This document shows, one piece after another, positions 16,913 to 27,036 of a DNA stretch of 40,132 nt (the stretch's first letter is position 1; each line of letters begins with the position of its first letter). The stretch lies in NCBI GenBank assembly GCA_031284165.1, contig JAITAK010000028.1, forward strand, positions 1 through 40,132, read 5' to 3'. The DNA comes from Puniceicoccales bacterium (GTDB lineage Bacteria; Verrucomicrobiota; Verrucomicrobiia; Opitutales; LL51). The translations under genes were made by a program, and so were the position numbers. The notes beneath the pieces were generated by a model, which did not search any database, had not been told where the DNA came from, and saw only the letters and a program-made list of their open reading frames with translations.

Positions 16913-17554
16913 TTATAAACACTGGACGAATGTCGTTATTCCTTTTAAAATTGATTTTATGGCAATACAGGCAAGAAGTACGCCAACGAGTTTTTCAACG
17001 ATCTCTAGAAGGAAAGGGGTGAGATATTTAGAAAACTTACATCCTAAAAAAAATGAGCAATACACTAGAATCATGGTCACCATAAGTGCTCCATAAAATG
17101 CGCATATATAGGGAATAGCGTCAGGGATCTCCGTACGTTTTACGAGGATAGCGGTGATGGTTCCAGGACCGGTCAGTAACGGAGTTGCAAGGGGAGTGAT
17201 GACGAAATTGAAGGCACTTTTTTCCGATGAGCTCGTATCTTCGCTGATCTGGGAATTCTTGGGAAGCAACATGCTCAAACCAATGGTAAATAAGTAAAGT
17301 CCACCTCCCACTTGGAATGCTTCCGTGGAAATATGGAAAACATCATCGAGGATAATTTGCCCAAAGAAAGCGAAAGTAAATAATAGTAATCCTCCGATAA
17401 TAGAAACTTGCTTGGAAATGAGTAACCGTTCTTCAATAGTATTGCGATTCGTCAACCCTAGCATAACGGCAATAACCGAAGGAGGATTCAGAATAATATA
17501 AATCTGAATTATAGTGACGCAAAATAATTGTATTAAGCTGATGTCTGCATTCAT
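16913..17554 (-). CDS. MarC (UPF0056/NAAT) family integral membrane protein
   Basis: 213 aa with six TM segments. PLATPLLTGPGTITA matches the family signature. The ATG overlaps the ftsH stop in an ATGA (17551-17554). Confidence 0.75.
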   Translation of the reverse strand: MNADISLIQLFCVTIIQIYIILNPPSVIAVMLGLTNRNTIEERLLISKQVSIIGGLLLFTFAFFGQIILDDVFHISTEAFQVGGGLYLFTIGLSMLLPKNSQISEDTSSSEKSAFNFVITPLATPLLTGPGTITAILVKRTEIPDAIPYICAFYGALMVTMILVYCSFFLGCKFSKYLTPFLLEIVEKLVGVLLACIAIKSILKGITTFVQCL

Positions 17555-19629
17555 AACTTTGGCTCTGATGAGTTATCTTGATTCTTTATTGTTTTTTCAA
17601 GCTTTTTTTCACTGGACTCTTCTTTATTGAGCGGCGTTGCAGTCGTGGCGGCTGTTTCTTTAGAAACATTTTCCTCGCTGACTTTTGTTTTTTTAGATAA
17701 GGTACGGCGATAAGTGCTGACGAGTTTTGATTTAAAATCGCCGTGTTGCACTAATTCATAAACGCTTTTCCCCTCGATAGTTTCGTATTTAAGGAGTGCC
17801 TCAGCGAGCTTAACGAGCAAGGCATAGTTTGTTTTTAGGATTTGTTGAGCGCGTTCATATTCATTTTGGATGACTTTAGCAATCTCGTCATCGATTTTTT
17901 TGGCAGTTTGTTCGCTATAATTTTGATTGCGGGCAATTTCCTTACCGAGAAAAATATGATCCTGATTCTCGCCGTAAGCAATTGTTCCCAATGTACTCAT
18001 TCCCCAATCGCAAACCATATGTCGCGCCCATTTTGTCGCCGCTTTAATATCTCCGGCAGCCCCGCTCGTCAACTCCTGGAATTCGATTTCTTCTGCTACA
18101 CGACCTCCCATAGCGCAACAAATGTTATTTAAGATGTTAGTTTTAGAGTAATTGAGAATGTCTTTTCTGGGAATAGCCATAGTACTCCCCAGGCTTTTCC
18201 CTCTAGGGAGGATGGTTACCTTGTGAACAGGGATATCGCCGCTATCAACGATAGCCTGAACGATAGCATGACCCGCTTCATGGAAGGCAGTAATTCTTTT
18301 ATCTTTGCGATCCATAAATTTACGCCGTTCGCGACCATAGGCAACTTTATCGTAAGCTTCATCGATTTCCAGGCGATCGATTTCATTGTGGTCGTAGCGA
18401 GCACAGAGTATAGCGGCTTCGTTGAGCAGGTTTTCGAGGTCTGCTCCAGAAAAGCCCGATGTATGGCGAGCAATTTCTTTGAGACTGACATTCGGTTTGA
18501 GCTTAAAGCGCTTTGCATGTACTTTTAAGATGGCAAGGCGACCTATGAGATCGGGGGCGTCGATGACGACTTGGCGATCGAAACGCCCTGGGCGAAGGAG
18601 TGCGTTATCGAGGACATCGGGGCGATTGGTTGCTGCGATGACGATGACACCGTTATTTTCATCGAAGCCATCCATCTCGACGAGGAGTGAATTCAAGGTT
18701 TGCTCTCGTTCATCATTTCCTCCGCCGATTCCAGCACCGCGATTGCGGCCTACGGCATCGATTTCGTCGATAAAAACGAGGCAGGGGGCATTTTTTCGCG
18801 CCTGTTCGAAGGTATCGCGTACGCGAGCAGCGCCAAGCCCTACAAACATTTCTACAAAATCAGAGCCGCTCATATTAAAGAAAGGAACATTGGCTTCTCC
18901 GGCGATAGCACGGGCTAACAAAGTTTTTCCTGTTCCCGGAGGACCAACCATAAGACATCCTTTGGGAATTTTAGCGCCGATATCCCTGAATTTTTGGGGA
19001 TTTTTGAGGAAATCGACAATTTCGGCAACTTCTTCTTTAGCCTCTTCATAGCCGGCAAAGTCCTCAAATGTCTTAGTATTATTTTCTTTCGAAACGAGTC
19101 TCGCTTTGCTTTTCCAAAAGGATAAAGCGGTACGATTGGCATTTTTAATTTGGCGGAAGAAAAATATATAGATAAAAAAGATAATGATCAACAGCGGTAA
19201 GATGCTCAATAGCACAGAAGTCAATAGATTATTATTGGAAACTTCTCGCCATACCTCTGAGGAAGCAATAATATCTTCAAAGCGCTTATTAGTGAGTTTA
19301 CCTTCGGCTTCAAAGAGGATATAGTGGCGTACCTGCCCGTTGAGAAGGAGGATCGGGGTCTCTGTAGCTGCTTTGCCAGAAAGGATATGCCATTTTTCTC
19401 CTTTTGAAGGATCAGATTTGATAAAACCCTGGAGAATCTTTCCTTTTTTAGAAGCATCTAGGACCTGTGAAATAGTCCAATGTTCCTTTAAGGACGCATT
19501 TTCATTGTAGTTATCCCAAAGGAAACACATCACGACAATGATGATCATCCAGATAATTAGGGAACGGAAACGGTTATGATTTTTGTTAGGAATAGGTGCG
19601 ACCATCGCAAAATGTGCCCTGTAATGCAT
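17551..19629 (-). CDS. ftsH: ATP-dependent zinc metalloprotease FtsH
   Basis: Walker [19 protein letters not shown], Walker B VFIDEIDA, second region of homology, and zinc motif HEAGHA. Two N-terminal TM segments. Confidence 0.95.
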   Translation of the reverse strand: MHYRAHFAMVAPIPNKNHNRFRSLIIWMIIIVVMCFLWDNYNENASLKEHWTISQVLDASKKGKILQGFIKSDPSKGEKWHILSGKAATETPILLLNGQVRHYILFEAEGKLTNKRFEDIIASSEVWREVSNNNLLTSVLLSILPLLIIIFFIYIFFFRQIKNANRTALSFWKSKARLVSKENNTKTFEDFAGYEEAKEEVAEIVDFLKNPQKFRDIGAKIPKGCLMVGPPGTGKTLLARAIAGEANVPFFNMSGSDFVEMFVGLGAARVRDTFEQARKNAPCLVFIDEIDAVGRNRGAGIGGGNDEREQTLNSLLVEMDGFDENNGVIVIAATNRPDVLDNALLRPGRFDRQVVIDAPDLIGRLAILKVHAKRFKLKPNVSLKEIARHTSGFSGADLENLLNEAAILCARYDHNEIDRLEIDEAYDKVAYGRERRKFMDRKDKRITAFHEAGHAIVQAIVDSGDIPVHKVTILPRGKSLGSTMAIPRKDILNYSKTNILNNICCAMGGRVAEEIEFQELTSGAAGDIKAATKWARHMVCDWGMSTLGTIAYGENQDHIFLGKEIARNQNYSEQTAKKIDDEIAKVIQNEYERAQQILKTNYALLVKLAEALLKYETIEGKSVYELVQHGDFKSKLVSTYRRTLSKKTKVSEENVSKETAATTATPLNKEESSEKKLEKTIKNQDNSSEPKL

Positions 19630-19641
19630 GAGTTTTTTTAC

Positions 19642-20991
19642 TTATGTCGACGAAAAAGTGATTTTTAGGGCAAAATTGTTTTCAACTTTTACAAAATGAG
19701 CAGGAGGAAGGTGGGGAACCCAAAAGATTGATCCTTTTTCATCGCAAAGTACAGGAAGTTCGGAACGCCGGTCGATTGGGATTTTCTTTTCGGAGAAGAG
19801 TTTTTTGAGCGATTTTGTCGGACTATTTATCGGACGATAATGATCGCCCGGATGTCGGGAACGCAGCGCAATCGCCGTCAAAATCTCTTCGTTCACGTAG
19901 ACTTCCGAAACATTGAGCCGTTCTCGAGATACATCGAGGGGGAGAGAAAAAGGGACCCTTTCGCGTGTAAGTTTATAGCCTGTGGGGAGATATAATATCC
20001 CGAATTGCCAATTACTGAAGTTGATCTTGGGTGTATGCTTAGACCTGAGGACGCGATACAAGATCTTTTGTTTCAGATAGATAGAGATTTCAGGAGTCAC
20101 GCTAACCTTTATCGAACGGTTTTGGATGATCGCCTCGCAAATTGTTTCCAGATTATGGCGCATTGGTGTCATATTCCCCAGCCAGCGTTGAATTGCGCGG
20201 CGAATGATCGCGCTATGCGTAACATCGCGCAAGTCGAGTTTTTCAGGATCGCGGCCTAGGGATTTAGCGATCTGGTTCAGGCAATACGTATCTTCTTCCA
20301 AATGGTGGTGGGCGAGAAGAAAGCCTCGCTTCCAATGCCTTTCTCCGAAAATAATGTCGAATTGGGGAATGATCTGGCGAATACGATTGCGCAAGTAGTT
20401 CGTGCTACAATTACTTGGATCCTCGCACCATGGGATTTGATTTTCTATAAAAACATCCCGAATTTCCCCTTTAAAAATATATATTAAGGGACGAACGCGG
20501 CGAATTCCTTCTACAAAGGGTTGGCAAAATTTCGGAGCTGCAATTTCGCTGCTTCCTCGTGCCAGGCGCATAAGCATCGTTTCGATGATATCATCTCCAT
20601 GATGCGCAAGGAGCAAGGTGTAGCTGCCGAGTTTGCGCATCACTTGCGAAAAAAACTTATAGCGTGCGGTGCGCAAGACTTCCTCTTTCGTATTCCCTTG
20701 GGGCCTTTTTTCAGAAAAAAAATCAATGGTGAGCGCTTCGGCTAACTGTTTCACAAAAGCTTCATCTTCGTCTGTTTCCCGTCCACGCGTATTGTGATTA
20801 TAATGAAGGATGGCGAGCTGCTGCGATGGAAATTTTGCTGCCGCAGCGAGTACTAATGCGACAGAATCCATGCCACCAGAACAGGCGATGGCGATTTTTT
20901 TTTCCGAGTATATACCTTCGGGAAACTTTAAACGATTTCCAAAGCGATGATCAATGCATTGCGAAAATCTGGACCACATAGGGCTGATCAT
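19642..20991 (-). CDS. tilS: tRNA(Ile)-lysidine synthase
   Basis: PP-loop motif ACSGGMDSVAL and a conserved tilS-ftsH gene order. ATG 20991 is preferred over the TTG 20997 of the ORF track. Confidence 0.85.
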   Translation of the reverse strand: MISPMWSRFSQCIDHRFGNRLKFPEGIYSEKKIAIACSGGMDSVALVLAAAAKFPSQQLAILHYNHNTRGRETDEDEAFVKQLAEALTIDFFSEKRPQGNTKEEVLRTARYKFFSQVMRKLGSYTLLLAHHGDDIIETMLMRLARGSSEIAAPKFCQPFVEGIRRVRPLIYIFKGEIRDVFIENQIPWCEDPSNCSTNYLRNRIRQIIPQFDIIFGERHWKRGFLLAHHHLEEDTYCLNQIAKSLGRDPEKLDLRDVTHSAIIRRAIQRWLGNMTPMRHNLETICEAIIQNRSIKVSVTPEISIYLKQKILYRVLRSKHTPKINFSNWQFGILYLPTGYKLTRERVPFSLPLDVSRERLNVSEVYVNEEILTAIALRSRHPGDHYRPINSPTKSLKKLFSEKKIPIDRRSELPVLCDEKGSIFWVPHLPPAHFVKVENNFALKITFSST

Positions 20992-21080
20992 TGTCAATGA
21001 TGCTTAAAATGGATCACTTTGTCAAAATATTTGATATGAAAGTCAAGAGGAAATGTGTTCTCCTAAGCTCTGATGGAATA

Positions 21081-22538
21081 CTATGAATAACGCTTCCAAA
21101 ACATGGGCATAAAAAGTAATAAAACAGAGTAGAGTTCAACGCGTCCCAGGATCATGATGAGTGAAGCGATGACCTTTGTTACGGCACTGAGATCGGCAAG
21201 ATTAGCTTGAGGTGAAAGTATGGGCATGCCTGAATTCGAAAATAATGCTGTCACTGTCGACACAACAGAAGTGAAGTCCCATTGGCGTTCAATAAGGACG
21301 AAAGCGCATAAGAACGATAAAAATAATAGTAGAAAAAGCACGATAAACCCCATGACACTTTCCCGCTCTGCGGGTTCGATGATTTTGGCACTGAAATAAA
21401 CATTGCGAACGATGCGGGGTCGAAAGGTGTTAATCAATCCATTAAAAACCTCTTTAATGGCGATAATGACCCGGTAAATCTTGATCCCACCGGCGGTTGA
21501 TCCTGTACATCCGCCACAAAGCATGAGGAGGAGTAAAATAATATGCGTGGACGGAATCCAATCGGAAAAGTTACATGTGGTCAATCCGCAGGAGGTGATC
21601 GCCGATGTCACATGGAACAGTCCTTTGCCTAGAGCTTCGAGAAAGGAGAGATGGTCCGTTGCTCCATAGAGCATGACGGCCGTTATTAAGCTGCCTACAA
21701 CGAGTAAAATGTAATAGATGCGTACTTCTTCATTTTCGTAGATCTTCCGATAAAATTGATTTGTTAAATGGATGAAGATAGCAAAATTAGTCCCCGATAG
21801 TACCATGAAAAACGTTATTGCGAGTTCTATGGGAATGGAATGAAAATGAGCGATGCCATCGCTATGGGTTGAAAATCCCCCCGTCGAAACCGTTGCTAAA
21901 GCATGACAAACGGCATCGAAGAGCGACATGCGGAATATTAAAAGGACGAGTATACAACTTAAGGTGAGTACGGAATAAATTTTAAAGAGTGCGAAAATGT
22001 TATTTTTTAATTTTCCCGAACCCAAATCTGGCCTATTGGAGTAGGATTCATTGGAAAAAATCTGTTTTGCGGTTGTGCCCATGGAAGTGGTCATCGCCAT
22101 AAAAAAAACGGCGATGCCTAGCCCGCCGATCCATTGACTTAGAGCACGCCATAGGAGAATCCCTTGACCTAGCTTCTCTGGCTCAGGAAATAGACTCATT
22201 CCCGTTGTCGTTATTCCTGAAGTGGATTCAAAGAGCGCATCGAAAAAGGAGACATGGCAGATGTATACGTAGGGTAGTGCGCCCATAATACTCACAGCAA
22301 TCCAACCTAAACCTACCGTAGCCAGTGCCTCGCGACGAAATATTTTTACTTCACTGCGAATCGACAATCCCCAAAAGAGTATGGTGACCAATACTGCAAT
22401 TTCGGTGCAGCGCATCCACATCTCTCCGTTGCAGCGATTGCCAAAAAAAAAGGCATCGCAAATACCACAGAAAAAAAATGCGCCACTGACGACAAACAAA
22501 ATAAAGGAAATCATGCGCAATATCGCCAGAAAATTCAT
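21081..22538 (-). CDS. trkH: TrkH/KtrB-family potassium uptake membrane protein
   Basis: 485 aa and polytopic, with repeated pore-loop-like motifs (SGITTTGMS, VSTGGFS, GGCTGSTAGGIKIYR) typical of TrkH. Confidence 0.85.
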   Translation of the reverse strand: MNFLAILRMISFILFVVSGAFFFCGICDAFFFGNRCNGEMWMRCTEIAVLVTILFWGLSIRSEVKIFRREALATVGLGWIAVSIMGALPYVYICHVSFFDALFESTSGITTTGMSLFPEPEKLGQGILLWRALSQWIGGLGIAVFFMAMTTSMGTTAKQIFSNESYSNRPDLGSGKLKNNIFALFKIYSVLTLSCILVLLIFRMSLFDAVCHALATVSTGGFSTHSDGIAHFHSIPIELAITFFMVLSGTNFAIFIHLTNQFYRKIYENEEVRIYYILLVVGSLITAVMLYGATDHLSFLEALGKGLFHVTSAITSCGLTTCNFSDWIPSTHIILLLLMLCGGCTGSTAGGIKIYRVIIAIKEVFNGLINTFRPRIVRNVYFSAKIIEPAERESVMGFIVLFLLLFLSFLCAFVLIERQWDFTSVVSTVTALFSNSGMPILSPQANLADLSAVTKVIASLIMILGRVELYSVLLLFMPMFWKRYS

Positions 22539-22550
22539 GGCCCATTTCCT

Positions 22551-23960
22551 TCAGAGAAGATGGCGATTCGCAATGGATATTCCACTGAGCATGGCGCCAA
22601 TAATTCCTAAAAACCCTTGGTCAGTTCCACAAAGAAAGAGGTTTTTAATCGGCAGAACTCCATCGTAAATTTTTTTTGGCGAACCATAAATAGCGCCATT
22701 GACACGTCCCGTAAAGCGTTCAACGGTCAATGGTGTGAAGAAATCGCGATCCAGGAGATTGTTTTTCCAAATATTAAAATCTAAATACTTATCGCCTAAA
22801 ATTTTTACAGCTCGCTCAATCAATTGCTCGAAGCAGTATTTTTTCATAGACGGATAGGTGGCCGCCGTTAAGGTTTTCCACCGTTCATAATTAGCTAGAG
22901 CAGTGACGCGAAGTATCCCTTCTTTCAGGAATTGATTATTGCCGTAGTTAAAATTATTCGGCAAGCAAATGACTCCTGAAGAAGTTTCGATTTCTTGAGA
23001 GGATTTTTTATAAGAAAAGTGCGGATTTTGTTCGAAGAAAATGATCGTATCCTTCCAGCCATAATCTTGAGGTTGTTGATCAAAAATCGCGATGGCTTCG
23101 CAAAAAGAGAGTTGTCCTTTTGGTGTGACCTTGAAGTGATCTTTGTCATAGAGTTTCACCGTTTCTGGATAACCGATAGTCGACAATACACGGTCGCACC
23201 GAATAAATTCACCGTCATTGAGCGTGACACCGGCGACTTGTCCATTGAGCGTTTCGATGTGCTGGACCTCACAACGGAGACGCTTTTCCCCGCCGAGCTC
23301 TTGAAATTTTTGCATCAAAATCATTAAAATTTTGCGAATACCATCTAAGGGTCGCGCAAAGCCTTCGAGGAAAATGGAACGAAAGAGGATCACAAATTGT
23401 TTCCAGGCGACATCATTTTCTTGGGCACTGCCGTAGTATAACGTCGGCAAAAGAAGCATGTCCTCCAACTCTCGATGATTCAGCAGCGACGAAAGAATGG
23501 TACGCGTTGACGTATCCTGAGCAAAGTCTTCACTGTACGGGTCAAAATCTTTGATTTTTTCTACTAACTTTCTGAAGGCATCTATAGACTTCGGAAATAA
23601 ACGAGCAATTTCCGATTCAAAGAGAGAGAAGTCATTGCTAAATTTCGCAACTTTATCGTCGAGAATAATTTTGGAAAAGTTCTGTTCGCAGAGGCCGAAG
23701 CAATCATACGGAATGCGCAATTGACGCAGCAGTTTAGATAGAGGCGATTTAAAAATACCTTTTTTGACAAAATTAGTGATCGCATGGAGACCGACATCGA
23801 TCTTTCGCCCAAAGCGTGAGTAAAAATTATTAAGCCCTCCGATGATTTTATGTTTTTCGACGACGAGAATCGTTTTACCAAATTGTGCCAGGCGAATGCC
23901 CGCAGCAAGACCCGATAATCCAGCGCCGATAATCACAGAATCATATTTTCTGTTGCTCAT
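22551..23960 (-). CDS. NAD(P)/FAD-dependent oxidoreductase (phytoene desaturase / amine oxidase superfamily)
   Basis: N-terminal dinucleotide-binding motif YDSVIIGAGLSGLAAGIRLAQFGKTILVVEKHKIIGG. The 469-aa size fits CrtI-like enzymes. Substrate unknown. Confidence 0.75.
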   Translation of the reverse strand: MSNRKYDSVIIGAGLSGLAAGIRLAQFGKTILVVEKHKIIGGLNNFYSRFGRKIDVGLHAITNFVKKGIFKSPLSKLLRQLRIPYDCFGLCEQNFSKIILDDKVAKFSNDFSLFESEIARLFPKSIDAFRKLVEKIKDFDPYSEDFAQDTSTRTILSSLLNHRELEDMLLLPTLYYGSAQENDVAWKQFVILFRSIFLEGFARPLDGIRKILMILMQKFQELGGEKRLRCEVQHIETLNGQVAGVTLNDGEFIRCDRVLSTIGYPETVKLYDKDHFKVTPKGQLSFCEAIAIFDQQPQDYGWKDTIIFFEQNPHFSYKKSSQEIETSSGVICLPNNFNYGNNQFLKEGILRVTALANYERWKTLTAATYPSMKKYCFEQLIERAVKILGDKYLDFNIWKNNLLDRDFFTPLTVERFTGRVNGAIYGSPKKIYDGVLPIKNLFLCGTDQGFLGIIGAMLSGISIANRHLL

Positions 23961-24088
23961 AGCAATATTTGATAATTTATTTAAAACGACTCATTTCTCA
24001 ATAAAAAAACAAAACCTTTGTCAATCCTTGTAAGTCTTTTTTTTAGCGATAGGACAGATTTGTTCCTATCCTATCGGGGGTTCTACGG

Positions 24089-25027
24089 TTACTGGACCCA
24101 ATCGAGCAAAATACAGGAAAAAGAGACAGGGTAACGACAGCGCCCTAGCCAATGCTTTATATTCATAAGTACTCTTTCTTCGCTGTCGATAGCAATAATA
24201 TGTACATTGCGCCGAGCAGGGAAACGTTCGAATAAAAAATTTAGGAACGAATATATAACGAGGCCTTTTTGCCATGCATACCGCTGGTCAAGAAAATTTG
24301 AAAAAATAATACCATTTTCGAAGACAGGAAAAGCGACTATTTCTTTCCAGATTGCTTGACCATCGCGATCTTCTCTCGAACAAAGATGGTATTCGGGCAT
24401 CGGCATCGTGGGCGTCGATACCGGCTTTGGACGCATGAAAAATTTTACATTTGACGGAGTTTTATATTGCGATAAAGTAAAAGGTATACACTTGGCACTA
24501 CCATCATCTCCTACAGGGAATGATGACGTGAGATAGGGGAGAAATATTGTGTGTCCTTGTCCTAGAGAAGTGAAGTACATCCCTAAGCTTTGCAAAGCCA
24601 TAGCACGAACGACCGAAGCGGGTGTACCCTGAATATTGCCTGGCACAATTTGGACTGTATTTCCCTCTATCTTCGGACAATGTGTCCGTGCGCTTGTCGC
24701 TCCGAAGATCTTCTGCCCTCCCAAGTGTATATCTTGCAACATTTCGATCAATTCACAATTCACTGGCTGCACATCGACAAAAGTTCTGTTCTTTGCGTAG
24801 GAATCAAAATCGGCCTTATTGGAAATAAGCGTATTCCCGATGTCAGTGAATGTCATGGTCTCTGTATGATTTTTCTTGTCATTGGCATACATTTTTTTTA
24901 GGAGATTGCAAGCATCTTGCTTGGACTTCGCTTTTTGAATTGTACCTGTACCGAAAAGTGTTGTTGTAAATGATATAGCAAAACACAATAAAGCAAAGCC
25001 TTTGCTGTTATTTAGAATTTTATTCAT
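24089..25027 (-). CDS. Exported HAD-superfamily-like protein (DUF2608-like), paralogue 1
   Basis: Has a signal peptide. Collinear with the 25208-26272 product: AKSKQDACNLLKK versus AKSEANACNLLEK, FTDIGNT versus IVDIGEV, IIFSN versus VIFSN, IIAIDSE versus IIGIDDN. HAD motifs I-IV are recognisable but degenerate. Confidence 0.6.
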   Translation of the reverse strand: MNKILNNSKGFALLCFAISFTTTLFGTGTIQKAKSKQDACNLLKKMYANDKKNHTETMTFTDIGNTLISNKADFDSYAKNRTFVDVQPVNCELIEMLQDIHLGGQKIFGATSARTHCPKIEGNTVQIVPGNIQGTPASVVRAMALQSLGMYFTSLGQGHTIFLPYLTSSFPVGDDGSAKCIPFTLSQYKTPSNVKFFMRPKPVSTPTMPMPEYHLCSREDRDGQAIWKEIVAFPVFENGIIFSNFLDQRYAWQKGLVIYSFLNFLFERFPARRNVHIIAIDSEERVLMNIKHWLGRCRYPVSFSCILLDWVQ

Positions 25028-25207
25028 TGACTAATAAATCAAATTAAAAAGGTAAATTTTGTCAACAGAAAAACTAAACCTTTTGCTTAGGGTAGTCATG
25101 GACAGGAATACTTCCTATTTTCAAACTAACCTTAATGCCATAGATTGTAGATCTTCTTTCCCAGAAATGCGCTTATAATCCCAAAACTGCGGACGACCTG
25201 AAGCGTT

Positions 25208-26272
25208 TTACTGTTTTTGAATGTGAATGACGAAGTCATTGGGAGAGGGGCGAATAGGCCATAATCGGCACATGGAACGGTTCATATAGCCGAGATGAAG
25301 GCCAAAAAATGGAATCCCTTGCCGATCACATTGTTCTTCCATGCTCTGAAGCATTGCCAAATTGTCATCAATTCCTATAATAACTGCGTGCTCTACGTCA
25401 AAAATCTCGGAATGTAAAAATGAATCCAATACTTGTCCTTTGGGAAGTAAAGTGCGTGTGTCTACACCGTTTGAAAAAATGACTCCACACACATAAGTAG
25501 GGAAAGCCATAACTTTTCGATAACTTTTTTGCCCTTTTTCTTTAAGATAAAGTTCATCCTTAATGATCGCTTCGGTTTTGGCGTTAGAGCTAGTCAAGCC
25601 TTTAGCTTCCCATGTACTTTGAAAGCGATGGATGAGAAATTTCATATTTTCGGGATACCCATATTGAGGTGACTTCAATGAAAGTAATGCTTTTGAATCT
25701 TTATCGATATCCTCGGGAAGCGCAGTCACATCTTCTGTATCTGTAACTAAAGGCAGTACGATTTGCCTATCTCCAAATGATTCGCGAAACGGCATTTTTA
25801 GGAATTGCATCGCATCTGATCGGATCTTTGTTGTAGGAAATTTTCCTGTAGCCTGAATTGTATCTTCTTTTTGGATATTGCATGTGACTTCACGATCTAC
25901 GGTAATGAGCTTACCTTTGGGATCAACGGCCAAATCGTTTCCTCTTGAACTCGTTAATCCTATGGCTTTGGCACCGCCTTGATGAACAACATTGCGAAGG
26001 CACTCCATAAGCTCTAAATTGATGGGCTCTATAAAAGAAAAATTAGAGTAATGCATGTAGGAATCCATATCTGAGCCACTGCCAATAATGACTTCGCCAA
26101 TATCGACAATGATTATTGGAGTGCGTCCTTTTTGTATAGCCACAGCGCAAGCCTTTTCCAAAAGATTACAAGCATTGGCTTCCGATTTTGCCGTGATAAT
26201 TTCGCTCCCAACGATTGTCGTTAAAAAAATAACTGTAGAGGATATAAATAACAAAAAGAGTTTCAGTTTCAT
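25208..26272 (-). CDS. Exported HAD-superfamily-like protein (DUF2608-like), paralogue 2
   Basis: Has a signal peptide. Motif I-like IIIVDIGEV, motif II-like IGLTSS, Lys in LPKGQVL, motif IV-like VIIGIDDN, followed by GIPFFGLHLGY. Confidence 0.6.
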   Translation of the reverse strand: MKLKLFLLFISSTVIFLTTIVGSEIITAKSEANACNLLEKACAVAIQKGRTPIIIVDIGEVIIGSGSDMDSYMHYSNFSFIEPINLELMECLRNVVHQGGAKAIGLTSSRGNDLAVDPKGKLITVDREVTCNIQKEDTIQATGKFPTTKIRSDAMQFLKMPFRESFGDRQIVLPLVTDTEDVTALPEDIDKDSKALLSLKSPQYGYPENMKFLIHRFQSTWEAKGLTSSNAKTEAIIKDELYLKEKGQKSYRKVMAFPTYVCGVIFSNGVDTRTLLPKGQVLDSFLHSEIFDVEHAVIIGIDDNLAMLQSMEEQCDRQGIPFFGLHLGYMNRSMCRLWPIRPSPNDFVIHIQKQ

Positions 26273-26438
26273 AAAAGAAATGACACCCTATATATGGAAA
26301 ATGAAAGTGAAAGCAATAAAGTCAATGAACATTAATGCGAAGTGAGTTTACCGTATGATTGTTGATTGACTTTGAATGCTATTTCGAAGTAATAACATTA
26401 AGGATATCTGTGGGAATAAATTTTATTCTGATTAGAAT

Positions 26439-26777
26439 ATGGATAAACTCGAAGAAATGTTTGAATTACAAATGCAATTGAACGCTCGTCTCCATTTGGA
26501 TACACATAACTTATCCCGCGAAGAAAAAATTGAATGGATATTAAAATATGCACGAGCTATGCAGCAGGAACTCGCGGAATTAGTTGATGCCGTTCCTTGG
26601 AAGTGGTGGAAAAAACAACAGCATTTCGACGAGGAAAATGCTAAAGTTGAAGTCATTGATTTAATGCATTTCATTATTTCTTTAGGACAGGTTTTAGGTT
26701 TGACGGCTGATGATTTTTATAACATTTATCTCGAGAAGAATAAGATCAACCACCATCGCCAAGACACAAACTACTAA
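26439..26777 (+). CDS. Small all-alpha NTP pyrophosphohydrolase (dimeric dUTPase / MazG-like superfamily)
   Basis: 112 aa. The pattern LQ..LN...AMQQELAEL..AVPWKWWKK...EVIDLMHFIISL...YLEKNKINHHRQ matches the dimeric dUTPase-type metal/nucleotide-binding helices. Confidence 0.6.
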   Translation: MDKLEEMFELQMQLNARLHLDTHNLSREEKIEWILKYARAMQQELAELVDAVPWKWWKKQQHFDEENAKVEVIDLMHFIISLGQVLGLTADDFYNIYLEKNKINHHRQDTNY

Positions 26778-26872
26778 AGACACAAACTACTAAAGGCACG
26801 AGCTGATAAAGGTACAAGCTGATAAAAGTGCAAGTCGTAAAGGCGTGACTCAACGAAGACACGAACGACTAA
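26762..26872. repeat. Tandem array of seven 16-nt units (one unit is 15 nt)
   Basis: Units, in order: AGACACAAACTACTAA x2 (identical), AGGCACGAGCTGATAA, AGGTACAAGCTGATAA, AAGTGCAAGTCGTAA, AGGCGTGACTCAACGA, AGACACGAACGACTAA. The first unit supplies the last codons and stop of the preceding CDS. Confidence 0.85.
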
Positions 26873-27036
26873 AATCTTTAAGATGAATATCTTTTCAAAG
26901 GTTAAAGTGTATGTGCGATTTTGAGACTCACGACATTTACGCCAGGACGTTTTAGCAGCTTCTCAATGTGAAGATTTGACGGCAACCGCTTTTGTGATTT
27001 GCTTTTGTAATTTATCACTCATCAGATCGTGTGATC

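Noticed and set aside
18422-19051. 209-aa plus-strand ORF antisense to ftsH.
   Set aside because: The product is rich in Arg, Ser, Pro and Ala, as expected from reading a conserved AAA+ gene backwards. ftsH on the minus strand is unambiguous.
22443-22478. A9 and A8 homopolymer runs in the 5' part of trkH as phase-variation switches. Similar T9/A9 runs occur in tilS at about 20887-20895 and in the 291-aa ORF at about 36233-36241.
   Set aside because: Such runs are expected in an AT-rich genome with Lys/Phe-rich membrane proteins. The frames are intact, and housekeeping genes are unlikely phase-variation targets.
24046-24068. Hairpin GATAGGA-N9-TCCTATC downstream of the 24089-25027 gene, as a terminator.
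   Set aside because: On the transcribed (minus) strand the stem is followed by an A-run, not a U-run. The T-run lies on the wrong side.
26762-26872. Whether the 16-nt tandem array could be a CRISPR array.
   Set aside because: The units abut directly with no unique spacers and the repeat length is too short. No cas genes or leader-like sequence are present.
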